This document shows positions 10,639 to 23,324 of a stretch of 64,000 nucleotides of DNA, one piece after another. The DNA is from Strigamia acuminata (Eukaryota), in contig OX442314.1 of NCBI GenBank assembly GCA_949358305.1, forward strand, positions 28,148,001 through 28,212,000. Reading direction: 5' to 3'. The position numbers and the translations under genes were made by a program. The notes beneath the pieces were generated by a model. That model was not told the DNA's origin and searched no databases. It saw nothing but the letters and a program-made list of their open reading frames with translations. Position 1 is the first letter of the stretch. Each line of letters starts with the position of its first letter.

Positions 10639-11487
10639 TACTCTAGTTGCAGTCAAAAAGGCACTTTACAAGATGTTGTCTTATTGGTCGAGCCAGTTTA
10701 CTGGTGTAGTGATCCGGAAAAGTAGACCCAAACACCAGAATTGCATTACAATGTACAGACATTGTAATCGAACGACCAAAAATTCAAAATTCCAGACGAA
10801 GTAACCAATAAACATAACAAACATGAGTCTGACATTTTTATATGCGTAAAACTTCATTTCAATGATGGAAATAACATTTTATATTAAGAAAAATCAAAAT
10901 AACGTTAACTAAACTAGTCAAAACAAGCAAAACAATAAATAAAAATAAAAACTAACTTACTTCTCCTAGTAGCCGTATTACCCCGCCTATTGCTGCATGC
11001 CGTTGGGCATGGATTCATCACAGTTTTGAAATTGGGCGTAAAAAATCTATACCGGCATGCCGGTATAGATCGAAACATGCCGATATAAGTGAAAAAATTG
11101 TTTTTTTGTTTTTTTGTTTAAAAGAGCCCAGATGATAAATTATGTTAAAATTTGGGCCTGAAATTTAAGTTTTCTTGATATTCTGAAGAGTACTTCTAAT
11201 TTTGTGGAACCTTTATAGAAATTTCGGCCAATTTCCTACATTTTGGACATCTAAATATGCGTTTTAAGCATGTTTTGGGCTCAAAATTAAAAAAAAAAAT
11301 TCGTACTCACTTACACCGGCATGCCGTTAAAAACAGGGTTTATCGGCATGCCGGTAATACTCGAGCTACACCGGCATGTGGCAATAAGCGGGGTAATACG
11401 GTAGTATACAGTCTGGAGTTAGTAGTAAACTGGGTCGACCAATGGGACGACATCTTGTAAAGTGCCTTTTTGACTGCAACTAGAGTA
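10639..11487. mobile_element. MITE with TACTCT...AGAGTA termini
   Basis: ~60-bp TIRs TACTCTAGTTGCAGTCAAAAAGGCAC, TA flanks. The interior is homologous to 45521-45938. Confidence 0.85.
10973..11401. mobile_element. Nested MITE (CCGTATTACCCCGC TIRs)
   Basis: CCGTATTACCCCGCCTATTGC...GCAATAAGCGGGGTAATACGG. Absent from the homologous host copy at ~45860. Confidence 0.85.
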
Positions 11488-11792
11488 TAGATACTGTATG
11501 TGGCTTTTTGCTTTTCGGTGTAAACGCTCTAGCCTTTTTAAGCCAATATCAGGCCAGAACTAGATTTAAACTTTGGGCTAGCCCAAACTTTCTGGTGCGA
11601 ACAGGGTATAAGATTGACAAGCAATTGGTCAAGAGGCCCTAAAATTATTCAGTTAAACACCCGTTAGATATTAAAAATTAGGCCACCCTGTATACAACGC
11701 CTGTCGTTCTAACGGTAGCATTTTTTTGCATTTTAAATATAAGTATTATAAAGAATAACTACGGTACATTTAAAAATAAATCTGCATTTCAG

Positions 11793-14700
11793 CTTCGCCA
11801 TTACACGTGCACGCCAATTGAAAACAAAGTTTTGGTATTTGTCATCAAGGAAGCACGACCAACTGTAAATCTAAACCATGCGCTAGATTTGCACTTATTT
11901 CAGGATCTGATCGTATGGAGGCAGAATAAAGTTTACTTATTGACATATTCTCACCAAAATACGGTAGGAGTCAATAGTTAAAGAACATGCACACAGAATG
12001 TTTATCTCGTTACGAAATTGCTTGTATTGTAATTATCAGGCGGACTGAGGTCTGCCCTCTTTAAAGAGAGCAGACAAATTGGTAAATACGTGCTTGCTAT
12101 ATGGTTTAATAATACAAGGTGTTCACAACATCTTTAGACAATTGTTTGGCTTTTGAGCGCATTTCATTGCGCGTAAGCTCGGTCTGGCCGCTCCTCCATT
12201 CTGGGGCCCCAGCCAGATTTAGCATTCTTCAATGCCCTCAATGTTTTGGAACGATGGCACGTGCATGCCAATTTCACGTGTTGCTCCTTATTCTTTGGCT
12301 ATATTCCAAAAAAAACTTTACCATATACTTTATGTTATGTACAAGTTTCAAAATTGTCTGATTTTTTTTATTTTTAATAAATTTTTCAAATTGTCTAGAG
12401 ACTTTATGAAAACCCTGAATATTAGAATGAAAAGAAGTACATTAAAAAAATTAATTTCTACAAGATTGTAACATTTGGTATATTTAATCTTCAAACTATT
12501 AGCATATGGAATGGAACCTACACTATTAAAAATAAAATCACTGCTCTTTTTTCTTTTTTTAAAACGTAGAATTCAAGTTTACTTGCATTGGAATACCGAC
12601 TAGACAAGAATATTTTTCTTAAAACAAACTTGGCAATAAATTGCGCAGAACAAGTAAAATGTCGATTTGAAATAATTTCCCAGAAAACATTATTTTTGAC
12701 AAAAGAAAATTTTACTGTAGGACAGGTGAATTAAGCATGCTCTAATACGTATATTGCAAATTACAGAATTACAATTCTGCAATTGTAACCGTATTTTTCT
12801 TCTATTTAGACAAGATTAGAAAAGAAAAACAAACCCCCATCATTTAACGGAGAACTTCTGCAGCACGTTCTTAATAAAATGAGCAGTTTTTGGTAAAGTT
12901 TTTATTAATTATAAACCATTTTTCATAAAGTTAATTAAAACCTTGTTCGTCCAAGCTAAAACCTTCATGCTTTTCTAGCTCAACCGCCGATTTTTTAGTC
13001 AAGAAAATAGTTGATGTAAAAACACATCTAAAAAAAAAAGTACATAGACGTTTAATTATTAATTACCATAAACAGTTACGACATTTAATGCTTCATCTTC
13101 TCTATTATTTTATTAGGACTTTGATATCTTCAGAATTGGATTTATAATCACTCCAAAACTTGTGCACAACTTTGACTTTGTAGTTATTCCTATTAGAAAA
13201 ACCACATTTGGATTAATCATGCGAGAAGACAGCAACATCAAAGACTACTTATGGATGACATTTTTCAACCCATTTCCCCCGGTTGTTTGGTCGTGTATTT
13301 TAGTTATACAGGTCATCATTGAACTATCTTTGGCATTGATGACTAACTACTACAAAAATCCAGCCTCAACTTCAGGTAAAAACACTTCAATAAAAATGTT
13401 AATTAATTCAAGCTATTTTTTATAATTCCTCAAAGTTTGTACAATTATTGGAACAAAATACTTCTTTCTTCTGCTGATTATGTCAAGCTACGGCGCAGTG
13501 TTATACGGATCACTTACCGTTACATCACAATTTGGATACAATAATATTCAAGACATATTGCAGGAAGACAAAATAAACTTATACGCATACAGAGAGTTTG
13601 CCCCTTACTATCGCTTTAAGGTAATGAGAAATAAATGGTAGAGCACCGCTTAATAACTAAAACACAAAATTTAATTTTAAAAAACGTACAATTATATTTT
13701 GGGTTTTTATTTTCGTCCGTTAAATTGTCTGTCTAGTTAAATGTTTCACCGTTTAATTATCATACGGTTAATTACCTACAGCCACGTGATATTGACACAA
13801 CCGGTCATCTTTGCTAGTGCGCTGGAAGATTCGGAACGCCCATCCCAGAAAAGATGCCCGTATAATGATTATTACCGTACATACTCGCGTATAATGCGAC
13901 CCCCCCATTTTAAGGTGCCTAAAACGAAATAAATGGTGTACGCGCGTATAATGCGAGTTACCATAGTAGTGTGCCACAACAATGGAAAAATCAAATCAAA
14001 TCAAATCAAATTCTCTCGCAGCGGCGGAGTTATTATTTTTCTCGGCAAATGCCACGACACGTAATTTAAACCCGCTTCAAACGACACACGCTTACGTTTC
14101 GGATTGTTGGATTCTTGCATTATTCGATTGTCGTTCGGTTGGATGGTTGGATTGTCGGTAGGTTGGATGGTTGTGTTGTGTGTTGTAAGCGATGGCCGAA
14201 GGACGAAATGGACGAAATGCGCACGTAATACGAACGAAATACGAAACGTACCGTAGTACGTACGTTTTGTTAATTTTTTTTTTTTTTTTTTTTTATTACG
14301 CACGTATAGTGCGACTCCCCCAAACACAGGGACTAATTCTGGCATAAATATTTCGCACTATACGCAAGTATATACGGTAAACCAATCTTTTGAACATATC
14401 TTTTCATTTAATGGTAGGATGCAAAATCACCTCTTACACGGGCTATTTGGACAAAAATGGGGGAAAATACCCGAAAAGGAAACATTTCGAAGACGGAAGC
14501 TGCACAAGTGCTTTCACATAATTACAATGCCATCATACATACGTACGATATTCTGAAAAAAGATCACGGATTGAACTGCACATTTAGTTTTGTTCGAATA
14601 CCGATCGATACGGCATCATACTACATGTTTGATAAAAAATCAAAATATGTAGATTTATTTAATCAGAAGTAAGTACTGGGCGTGAGTAAATTTACAACGA

Positions 14701-14964
14701 TTTTAAAATTAAACTCCAATTATACATTTCAGCATTTTGAAGTTAAAAGAAAGAGGAGTCATAGACAGACTTAACAATAAGCATAAGATAACAACCATCT
14801 GCGAAACATCAAATTATGACCTTAAACCTATTTCTATTGATCACACAATCACGGCATTCCTTATTCTCATTGGAGGAGTTTTTGTGTCCGGAATGGCATT
14901 ACTCGTTGAATTTCTTTTTAAGACCAAGTTTCAATGTGGCGGCTGTGTAAACAATACCACCTAA
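11793..14964 (+). CDS. Divergent ionotropic receptor IR-A (multi-exon; first exons off-window)
   Basis: GT-AG exons 11793-11963, 12570-12725, ~12810-12891, ~12979-13039, 13117-13375 (S1 end and M1, FFNPFPPVVWSCIL), 13436-13620 (M3, FFLLLIMSSYGAVLYGSLT), 14418-14668 (S2), 14733-14964 (LKERGVIDRL...C...AFLILIGG...LLVE, M4). These join in frame. Two putative mini-exons (~11.7 and ~12.05 kb) are unresolved. Confidence 0.85.
12115..12417. mobile_element. Degenerate Tc1/mariner-type MITE
   Basis: Imperfect TIRs CAAGGTGTTCACAACATCTTTAGACAATT / AATTGTCTAGAGACTTTATGAAAACCCTG. Confidence 0.7.
13875..14377. mobile_element. pogo/Tigger-like MITE
   Basis: TIRs CCGTACATACTCGCGTATAATGCGA / TCGCACTATACGCAAGTATATACGG with TA duplication. 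Confidence 0.85.
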
Positions 14965-16442
14965 TATGCATTGTAGTACACAACAAGGTCCGGCATTGAA
15001 AAAATCTTTACAACATAAAAATTCAATAAACCGTCTCACGTTTACCGATTTACCATTGACTCGCACCCTACTAACACTATTGTTCTGCTGCCAAGATCGA
15101 GTAAAATTGAGACAAAAACCAATTTACTTACGAATTACGATTCTCCTTTGCTTCTCATCCAAACGGCCAAAATTGTGGTGTCTTTGATATTTTTCTGTCT
15201 CGCACGTTCACGTTTCCCGCTTGATACCGATAATAAATTAAATTAAGTGCGACTGTATTTCTGTAATTTAAATATCGTAATTTAATATTCTTCAATTAAA
15301 ATGAAAATTTACCAAAATGTTACCGGACGGTGTTGTTTTTTGTCAGGACGATAAACCACAGAATAAAACATGTTATATTCTGTGGATAGTCCACTGATCA
15401 TATTTCTTCTTCGCAATTTTACGGCGACCGGTTGATTTGGTTGACTCAATCATAGTGATGGTTTGATTTTGTTCCAGCTGCAGCATGTTTGAGGTTAGTC
15501 AAAGAGTTTTTTTAATCTTGGAAAATTAAACGAAATGAAAAACAACCACGTACAAATTACTTCCCGGCTGGTCCAAGGCCGCCATTTTCAAACGAGCACT
15601 GTGCTGCGGCTAGAAACCTTGATGCTCTTTGACGATTGTAGCGCCAGCTGTGGATCTTGAACTAACTGAAAAAATTCATTTTTGAACATTTACTTTATTT
15701 TCTTGTTTCCCAAGTGCAAAAATAAATTACAGACTAAGAAAATTGCATAAATCAACATTAATAGTTGCTAAACAAACATCCGTAATGGAAAAAAGGCAAA
15801 ATAAAATGCTAATATACCGTAACAATAATAACAGCATTATGGTAAAAAGAAGTGTAGAATTAAAAAAAAAAAACCCTAAATAAAGCAAGAATACTTTCCT
15901 GCACTTATTCAAGTAAAAAATAATAAATTAAATAAGTACACCAAAAAGTATAGAATTGCTGCATCTACCTAAATTAGCACATCTAATTACATTTCAATTG
16001 AACCTCTACCTTCATTAAAATCACGGATTTTATTGGAATTCAAATTGACATTAATTAATAAACCGTTGACAGTTGCTAGAACCTTTACTGGAAATTGACT
16101 TTGATTCAAAAACGACGTTTGAATACGCTTGCCCGTGTAGGTAGACGTGACTCTTGTCTGGCCCGGGTGCAAGTGTGGCACCAGCTGGAAACGGCTTCCA
16201 AGACCAGCACAGAGCGCTGGGCAACGTTTCATTTCTCATTCGGCTTGTTCACATGCCCAAAGACAAATGCAAAGATAGTTCGATTCGATCTAAATCGGGC
16301 ATCTTGACGTCTAAGCAAATCGACTCGACGTTGCGAAACTAGTGCCTGCAGAGGACACTGTTGCCACCAGGTGAAACAACCAATTTATTTCATTGTCTGC
16401 AAGAGACATATTGTTCACATAAATGATGATCGTGTGTCAGCG

Positions 16443-16855
16443 TGTGAAAACCGAGGGTTTTACGCAATTTTTATTACCTTTATTTGTATCAATTTCATTT
16501 TTTGCATTTAGCAATTTTGTATTTTTGGTGTTTGTTATTTACATTTACTTTTCACTTATTTTCTACTTGTTTGCTCAAATTATTGTATCGCCAATTATCC
16601 CTACCTTCTCACCCTAAAACTTCACTTCTCAAACTTCCACTTGACCTTTCTTGGAATCAGCTTATTGAGGTCAAACAATTCCGCTCTCCAATCAGAGAGC
16701 TCCACATACCCTTTTTTCCCCCCCTTTCTCTAGTCTAAGAATAAAATCACCAGTGTTCTTTTTTTACAACTCAAGAGAAGGTCTCCTATTTTTTATTTCC
16801 TACATTTACACTTTTCAAACCAAGGACTTTAGCAATTTATAAGTGTGATTTCACA
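16443..16855 (+). mobile_element. Solo LTR, BEL/Pao-related
   Basis: TGTGAAA...TTTCACA with a perfect 5-bp TSD CAGCG. The start TGTGAAAACCGAG and a CCAAGGACTTT motif resemble the LTR at 33429. Confidence 0.85.
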
Positions 16856-17989
16856 CAGCGCACCAACTAGGGGACCATAGACTTTCCTGTACGGTGTACG
16901 CCCGATTTCATGGTCCAAGACACCATGTCTGCGAGCGAGTTTTGGCTTCCGATTGTGCAGTGTTTTTCGGCCGCCTGCACGCTGACTTTTCCAGCCACCC
17001 CCCAGAGTGCCCGGTTTCCGACCACTTAACGCCCCTTTTGTCGGCTGCTTGTGCTGTATCCGCTTCACTGCATTATTCAATGCACTTAAACTATTGTTTA
17101 GTATTGGCGCTTTACCCCCACTGCAACATAAAGGCACTTGTAAATCATTTATCCATAATGGCTGACCTGTGTTAAACAATCTCCATGATCAAGATTTATA
17201 TTAGTAAGGTACATATCGATTGGCGACGAGGATGCGATCACAAACCATCGCTTATCAATGAGGACAACTTTTACAGCCAGCTCGGCTTAGACAACATCTG
17301 TATTTCCAGTCGAGAGGGAGTTTCATCCTTTCCTGGATCGAGGACCAGCATTACTCGTATCGGTAACTGATATTATTTTAGAGCCATTTGGTTATTTTTT
17401 GTATAGTTTAACTTTGTATTTAACGAGCCAAATGTCAGCGTGGTATTTGTATAACTTAGCATTTATTAATTTGGCCGAAACCAATAAATGTGTTATGTTT
17501 TGAGAAACATCTTATCGTATTTTATCTCATACATTATTCACTTTGAGCGCAATCTATACCCGGAACTACCATTTAGTAGGAGTTGTGGTCGTCACCGTCA
17601 CAAGGTAAGTCACGAACCACTCATTATAATGAGTGGTTCTCAAAAATTTCATAAATTTTTTAAAATAGTAATTATTTGTTAACGTTCACAAAACATCAAT
17701 ATAGCTGCAATGCGGTGTTTTTGAGTGGATCGACTGCCACATTTTCACCCGAGTGGACTTTAAAACCGTTTGTATTTTTTCATGTCTTTATTCAATTCAT
17801 TATGTTCTGACCGCTGGGCCACCCAAAGGTTACCCGCGTCACTGCTACAGTACACACTGCACGACGAATATCAACCGAGACAGGTGTATGAGATGCATTA
17901 TGAATGCACCTAGTATTTGTACTACCGGTATAAATTTTGTAATTTATATATTTAATTTTACAATTTAAATTTTTTTCACGTCTTCACGT

Positions 17990-18960
17990 CTTCACTTCTT
18001 TCTTTCCTTTTCCGCAAGCAATCAATTCGTCTTTTATTTTGCCTTCTAGAACTTCTAGTGTCGGCAATTCATCTCAAGATTCCATCGCGCATCGGAAATT
18101 ATCGTAGGAATTAATTTGACAAACTCAGCAGTAATAGCGTCGCAGTAAGTTCTGAGGCGATTTTAAAATCAATATCTGGTAGTTTGTCGATTACTTCAAA
18201 AATATCTTTCAAATGATTCTCCACGCTTTCTCTTTCAGCCATTTTGTGCTTCGCTAGACTTTTTAACAATGTAGACTTATTCGCAGGTCCTCTCAACTGG
18301 TAAATGCTGTGCAATTTCTTCCACAATTCGTATGCGAATTTGCAATTTTTCATTAGTCGAATCTCGGTCTGTTTGATGTTCAGCGACATATCGTTTCTCG
18401 TCGTTCTATCGCTTTTGTCCCATAATTTTGATGGCTTTTATCTGCTTTGCGTCGTTCTCGATAACTTCTGGTTGTACTGTTTCTCCTTCCACATATATTA
18501 GAAGATCGCAAATACTTAACAAAGCCTTCATCCGGACTTTCCATGCATCGAAATTCTCTTTTCCCAATGCTTCGATTCTCCTCGAACATTCTTTTCCTAT
18601 CGCCATTTTCAAGTTTCTTATTTGAAATCAATTCGCACGTTAAAAACTTTTTAACTTCTTGTCGATCGTTTCGTTCAGCAAGATCTTGATTCGTATGCAG
18701 TTAGAAGCTTCCTGGGCCCTTAACCTGTAGTTTTGAATATGCTAAAGATCTGGAATATAATAAATTAATGATAATATATGTGGTTGTAAGTTTCAAACAA
18801 TGATACTTTATTCTTAATTCATACATTTTAAATACCTATGTGCTCAATCCTGATTGGGCAGCACAATACACAGGTGAGATGTTTTACCCGGCGATACTCT
18901 CACGTAAACATAACGCGAAATAAACACTCAAAACCAACGGTGACAAAAAACTTGACACAA
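17990..18960 (-). mobile_element. Decayed copia 5' fragment (LTR, PBS, frameshifted gag)
   Basis: PBS GGTTAAGGGCCCAG (18725->18712), close to the classic copia GGTTATGGGCCCAG. Gag pieces IEALGKENFDAWKVRMKALL and LWKKLHSIYQLRGPANKSTLLKSL lie in different frames. Confidence 0.85.
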
Positions 18961-20065
18961 TTGATACTAAAAGACGATAACAACAAAGAACAAAATAAAA
19001 AAAATTAAGTAATTTTTTTTGCCAGCGTTAGATGCAGTCTAATCGTATTCAGGGTATTGAAGGACATAACACAGTCGACACAGCAAGACATCAGAAACAA
19101 AGAACAGTGTAGAATATTTTTGGATTCACTACACTTGTAAGATGAACATTCTAAGAATGTTTTTCTTTTACCTATTATATGGATGCATAAACAATTCTAA
19201 AAGCAATCACTCTACAGGTATGATATTTACTTCAAAATTCTGAATTGGTATTAACAGCAAATTAAAGTAGACATACATTTTTATCTTTTCTTTAAGCACT
19301 GGAAGATAATTTTTCACAAACATTTTCCTTTTCTGACTGTAATGATCAACTCAGTTTTCAATTATCTAATATTGTACAAATCACGAATTCAAGACAAATA
19401 CTCATCATTTATCAGGATGATTATTGTTACTTAATCACATATTCAATTCCTTTTTATATTTCTTAAAACATTTTTTAATTCCAGTACTAAACTGTTTGTC
19501 AAAATTGATCTATTTTAATTGGATTGGAAAAATTCAAATATTAGCACAACGATTCACCAATACGTCGCTAGTTTTCATTTATACTCCTGTTCAAATGGTA
19601 TTGATTTGGATAGAAAATTTTGAGCAGGTAAAGACGATCGAAGCATGCTCCTAGATTGACAAGCAATTGGTCAAGAGGCCCTAGCGTTATTCGGTTATCC
19701 ATCTGTTCAATATTAAAAGTTAAGCCACCCTGTCTACAATGGCTGTCGATCTAATGGTAGCATTTTTTGTCATTTTAAATGTAAGTTTTATAAAGAATAA
19801 TTACATTTAAAAATAAATCTGCCTTTCAGCTTCGTCATTACATTTGCACTCCAATTGAAAACAAAGTTTTGGTATTTGTCATCAAAAAAGCACGGCTAAC
19901 TGTAAATCTAAACCATGCGCTAGATTTGCACTTATTTCAGGATCTGATCATATGGAGGCAGAATAAAGTTTACTTATTGACATATTCTCACCAAAATACG
20001 GTAGGAAGAGTCAATAGTTAAAGGACATGCACAGAATGTTTATCTCGTTACGAAATTGTTTGTAT

Positions 20066-21170
20066 GGTTTGGTGTTTAGTCTTTCACGATCCGAGCTTTT
20101 GTCGTTTGTTCTCGAGATATTTGCACTTTTTAACAATTTTTCTCCCAATTCACCAAGTTTGATTGTACTAGTCATTACTGAATTTCAGATTTTGCAGTAC
20201 TTTTGTGGATTTCAAAAAATATTTTGTCTCGTGATAAAATGCACTGCTCATTTGAAGCTGAAGCAGCCAGACAGCATGTGAAGATTTTTTTGTCCATAGA
20301 TGTACAATCAAACTTGGCGAATTGGGACAAAAATTGATTAAAGTAGCAAATATCACCAGAAACGTTAATTCAACAACTCTGCCCTCAACTAATTAGTAAT
20401 ATTGTATTTAATTGAACAATGTTGTGACTGGTATGGTCTTCTCCAAAGCAACCTGGGGACTGGTTATCCTGGTTTGGGACGCATACTCACGTAAATAAGG
20501 TAGGGACTGCAGATTGTTGGGTTGTTGGACTTTAATCGTTAGTCTAGTCTAGGGGTTCTAGGGGGGGTCTCCCACCTATCGCAGTGCCGTGAACGCACGC
20601 TGCACCAGCAACCAACCCGCCACACACAGAGCACGAGCCCTATGAGTGACGTAACCAGTCGCAAATAACATTCAGCTGTCCATGCAGCTGCTCATAGAGG
20701 CTGTAGAAGACGAACGATAATACTACTGAGCGTTGTGACAGTGGAGAATGGTGAGGAGAGCAGGGTTAGCACAGGGCGCGATTGCCCTTGCTGGCTTCAG
20801 GTTCGTCTTTGCACGTCTGTCTCGATTGAGACCAAGCGCTATTCTCTCTCTCTCTCTTTCTCTCACCACACCATTCCGCTCCCTCCTTCCAGTGCTGGAC
20901 TGGCCCGTGGCCGTTGTGGCATGTCGCGGCCTGCTGTGGCCTGTCCCGACTTCATTAATTGTGGCCCGGACACCCAGTTTTCTTGGCAATAAATTTGTTC
21001 CCAGTCCAGCCCTGCCTCCTTCCCTATACTGGGTCAGTTCACCCCGTTAAGGGTAATGACCCTAGGGCCACTGGGCGCTGTAGAGTGATGCAGATCACCG
21101 TGGGTGGCCAAAAAATAATTTTTTTTGAGATACCCTGTATTGTCGAACAGGTTTTATTTGGGCTACCCGG
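20066..21170. mobile_element. Left-truncated MITE of the CCGGGTGGCCC family
   Basis: Matches the interior and right end of the copies at 39947, 43909 and 62152. Confidence 0.75.
20423..21108 (-). mobile_element. Truncated solo LTR related to 9814-10411
   Basis: Begins TGTGACTGGTATGGTC, the reverse complement of the 10411 end. Also shares GGGACGCATAC and TCACC...GGTGGCC blocks. Confidence 0.75.
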
Positions 21171-21910
21171 AAGCATTTTTTTGTCATTTTAAATTTTAGT
21201 AGTATAAAGAATAACTACATTTGAAATTAAATCTGAATTCCAGCTTGACCATTACACTTGCACGCCTGTTGAAAACAAAATTGTTGTATTTGTGATCAAT
21301 AAAACAAGAAAAAATGGAAATCTTAAGGGTGATCTAGATCTGCACTTATTTCAGGATCTATCATATGGAGACAAAATAAAGTTTACTTACTGATACATTC
21401 TAATCACAATACTGCAGGAGTGAATAGTCTAAAAATATGCACGAAAAGTTTATCTTGTTAATGAATTAACATAGTAATGCTTACACTGTAGTGGATGGCA
21501 GACTCAGTCAACAATTTGGTAAATTCGTCTTGATCACATGGGTCCAGTAATATGTTAGAACAAAAACAAAACCTGTGATGACGATAAATAGTTTCACCAT
21601 TACTTTAAGCTAAAAATATATTATTTTTATTCCTAACAAGATTATAACATTCAGTATATTTGATCTTCATACTTGTAGAATATTACAAATAAAATCACTG
21701 CCACTTTATTTTTATTTTATATCATAGAATTCAGGCTTAGTTGCATTGGAATACCGATTTGACAAACACATTTTTTTAAAAACAAACTTAGGCATTAATT
21801 GCTCAGAACAAATAAAATCTCAATTTCAAATAGTTTCGCAGACACCATTATTGTTGAAAAAGGAAAATTTCACCGTAGGAGAGGTGAATTGATCATGTTA
21901 TAATCTAATA

Positions 21911-22350
21911 CAGTCGGACCCGAGAAATGTGTAATAAAATGTCGTTATAACAAACAACACTAACTGAAAAAATTCAGTTTTGACAGTAATTTAATTTTTC
22001 TAAATTTAAAATTTAATTAAAATTTTCATAATTTTTAAAAAGCGTTTCCACTTGTCTTAAACAGAAATTGTATTCCCCTTAGCAGTCATTTTCAAATGGA
22101 AAATTTCACCAATACGAATTATTTTCCTTTCATTTTCTAAACACGGACATCAGTTGTGAATCATGTGATCAATTTTCAAAATTCGTTATAACGAGCTTGT
22201 TGGTATTAGTGTTCCCAAAATCTGGTTTGTTTATAAGGAATAATTCGTAATATCAAAATTTGTTATATCACATTTTTAAACATTGTTTTCTATGCCTGGC
22301 CATGGCCAACCAAGTCATTTTAAACAATTCGTTAAAACGAGGTTCGACTG
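21911..22350. mobile_element. Tigger/pogo-like MITE (shared by IR-B, C and D)
   Basis: TA-CAGTCGGACCCG...CGAGGTTCGACTG-TA. Same intron position at 48945-49582 and from 63783 onward. Confidence 0.8.
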
Positions 22351-23324
22351 TATTGCAAATGCCGGTACTGCATTACCTTTCTGCAATTGTAATACATTTT
22401 TCTACTGCGTAGAATAAAGCCAAATTAAAAGACACATTCAGTCCAATTTACTATGAAATCCTAGAGGATGTTGTGAATAAATGGAGTAGCTTTTGGTAAA
22501 CAAAATTCATTCTAAACCACTTTTCACTAAACTGACCAAAATTTAATATTTTTGTAGTTCAATAGTCATTTTTATAGATGAGAAAGTTGGAAACGTAGAA
22601 AGAAATCTGAAAAAAAAAGTACATCAAATTTAATTATAAATCAAAAAGTTATGCTATGAAATAGGCTATAACGATGCATCATCTCTATTATTTATTAGAC
22701 ATATGATGTCAAAACAGCGGGCTGTTTTATGACTCAAGCACGCACGCTCATTTTTGACTTCGTAGTCGTTCCTGTCATATCAAGCACATTTGGATTAGTC
22801 ATGCGACAAGACAGCAACATCAGACATTATTTGTGGATGACATTTTTCAAACCATTTCCCCCGACTGTTTGGTTATGCATTTCAGTTACATGCGTGTTCA
22901 TTGAACTCTCTCTGGCTTTGATAAGCATATACTACAAAGACCCGGCTTCAACTTCAGGTAATAACGCTTTAATAGAATTGTTAATCAATTCACAGGTCAT
23001 TTTTTATAATTCCTCAAAGTTTATACAATTACTGGAACGAGAAACATCTTTCTTTTGCTAATTATGGCAAGTTACTGTGTGTTATTGTACGCATCACTCA
23101 CTGTTACAACATCACGGCCTCGATACCACAACATACAAGACGTATTGGAAGACGAAATAAACTTGTATGCGTTTGGAAGTTATGGTGCTTACACGATCAT
23201 TAAGGTAATGCAGGAAAAAAATGAAATGACAAATTCTTGTTAGTGATTAAGACATGGTAACATGACATCATGAAAATAATGAGATTCTGCTCGACATCAA
23301 CAAGTCGTTTTAGTTGTTTTCGAA

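Larger units (their letters stand above)
10412..11606. mobile_element. Right part of an outer TIR element whose left TIR was split by the LTR element
   Basis: 10412-10430 AGTTTAAATCTAGTTCTGG is the exact reverse complement of 11554-11572. The element ends ...GCGAACAGGG-TA, then IR intron sequence resumes. Confidence 0.65.

Noticed and set aside
13376..13435. A retained intron encoding the missing pore loop
   Set aside because: It has an in-frame stop in IR-A and non-triplet lengths in B and C, and it lies after, not before, the P-x-S-x-S motif.
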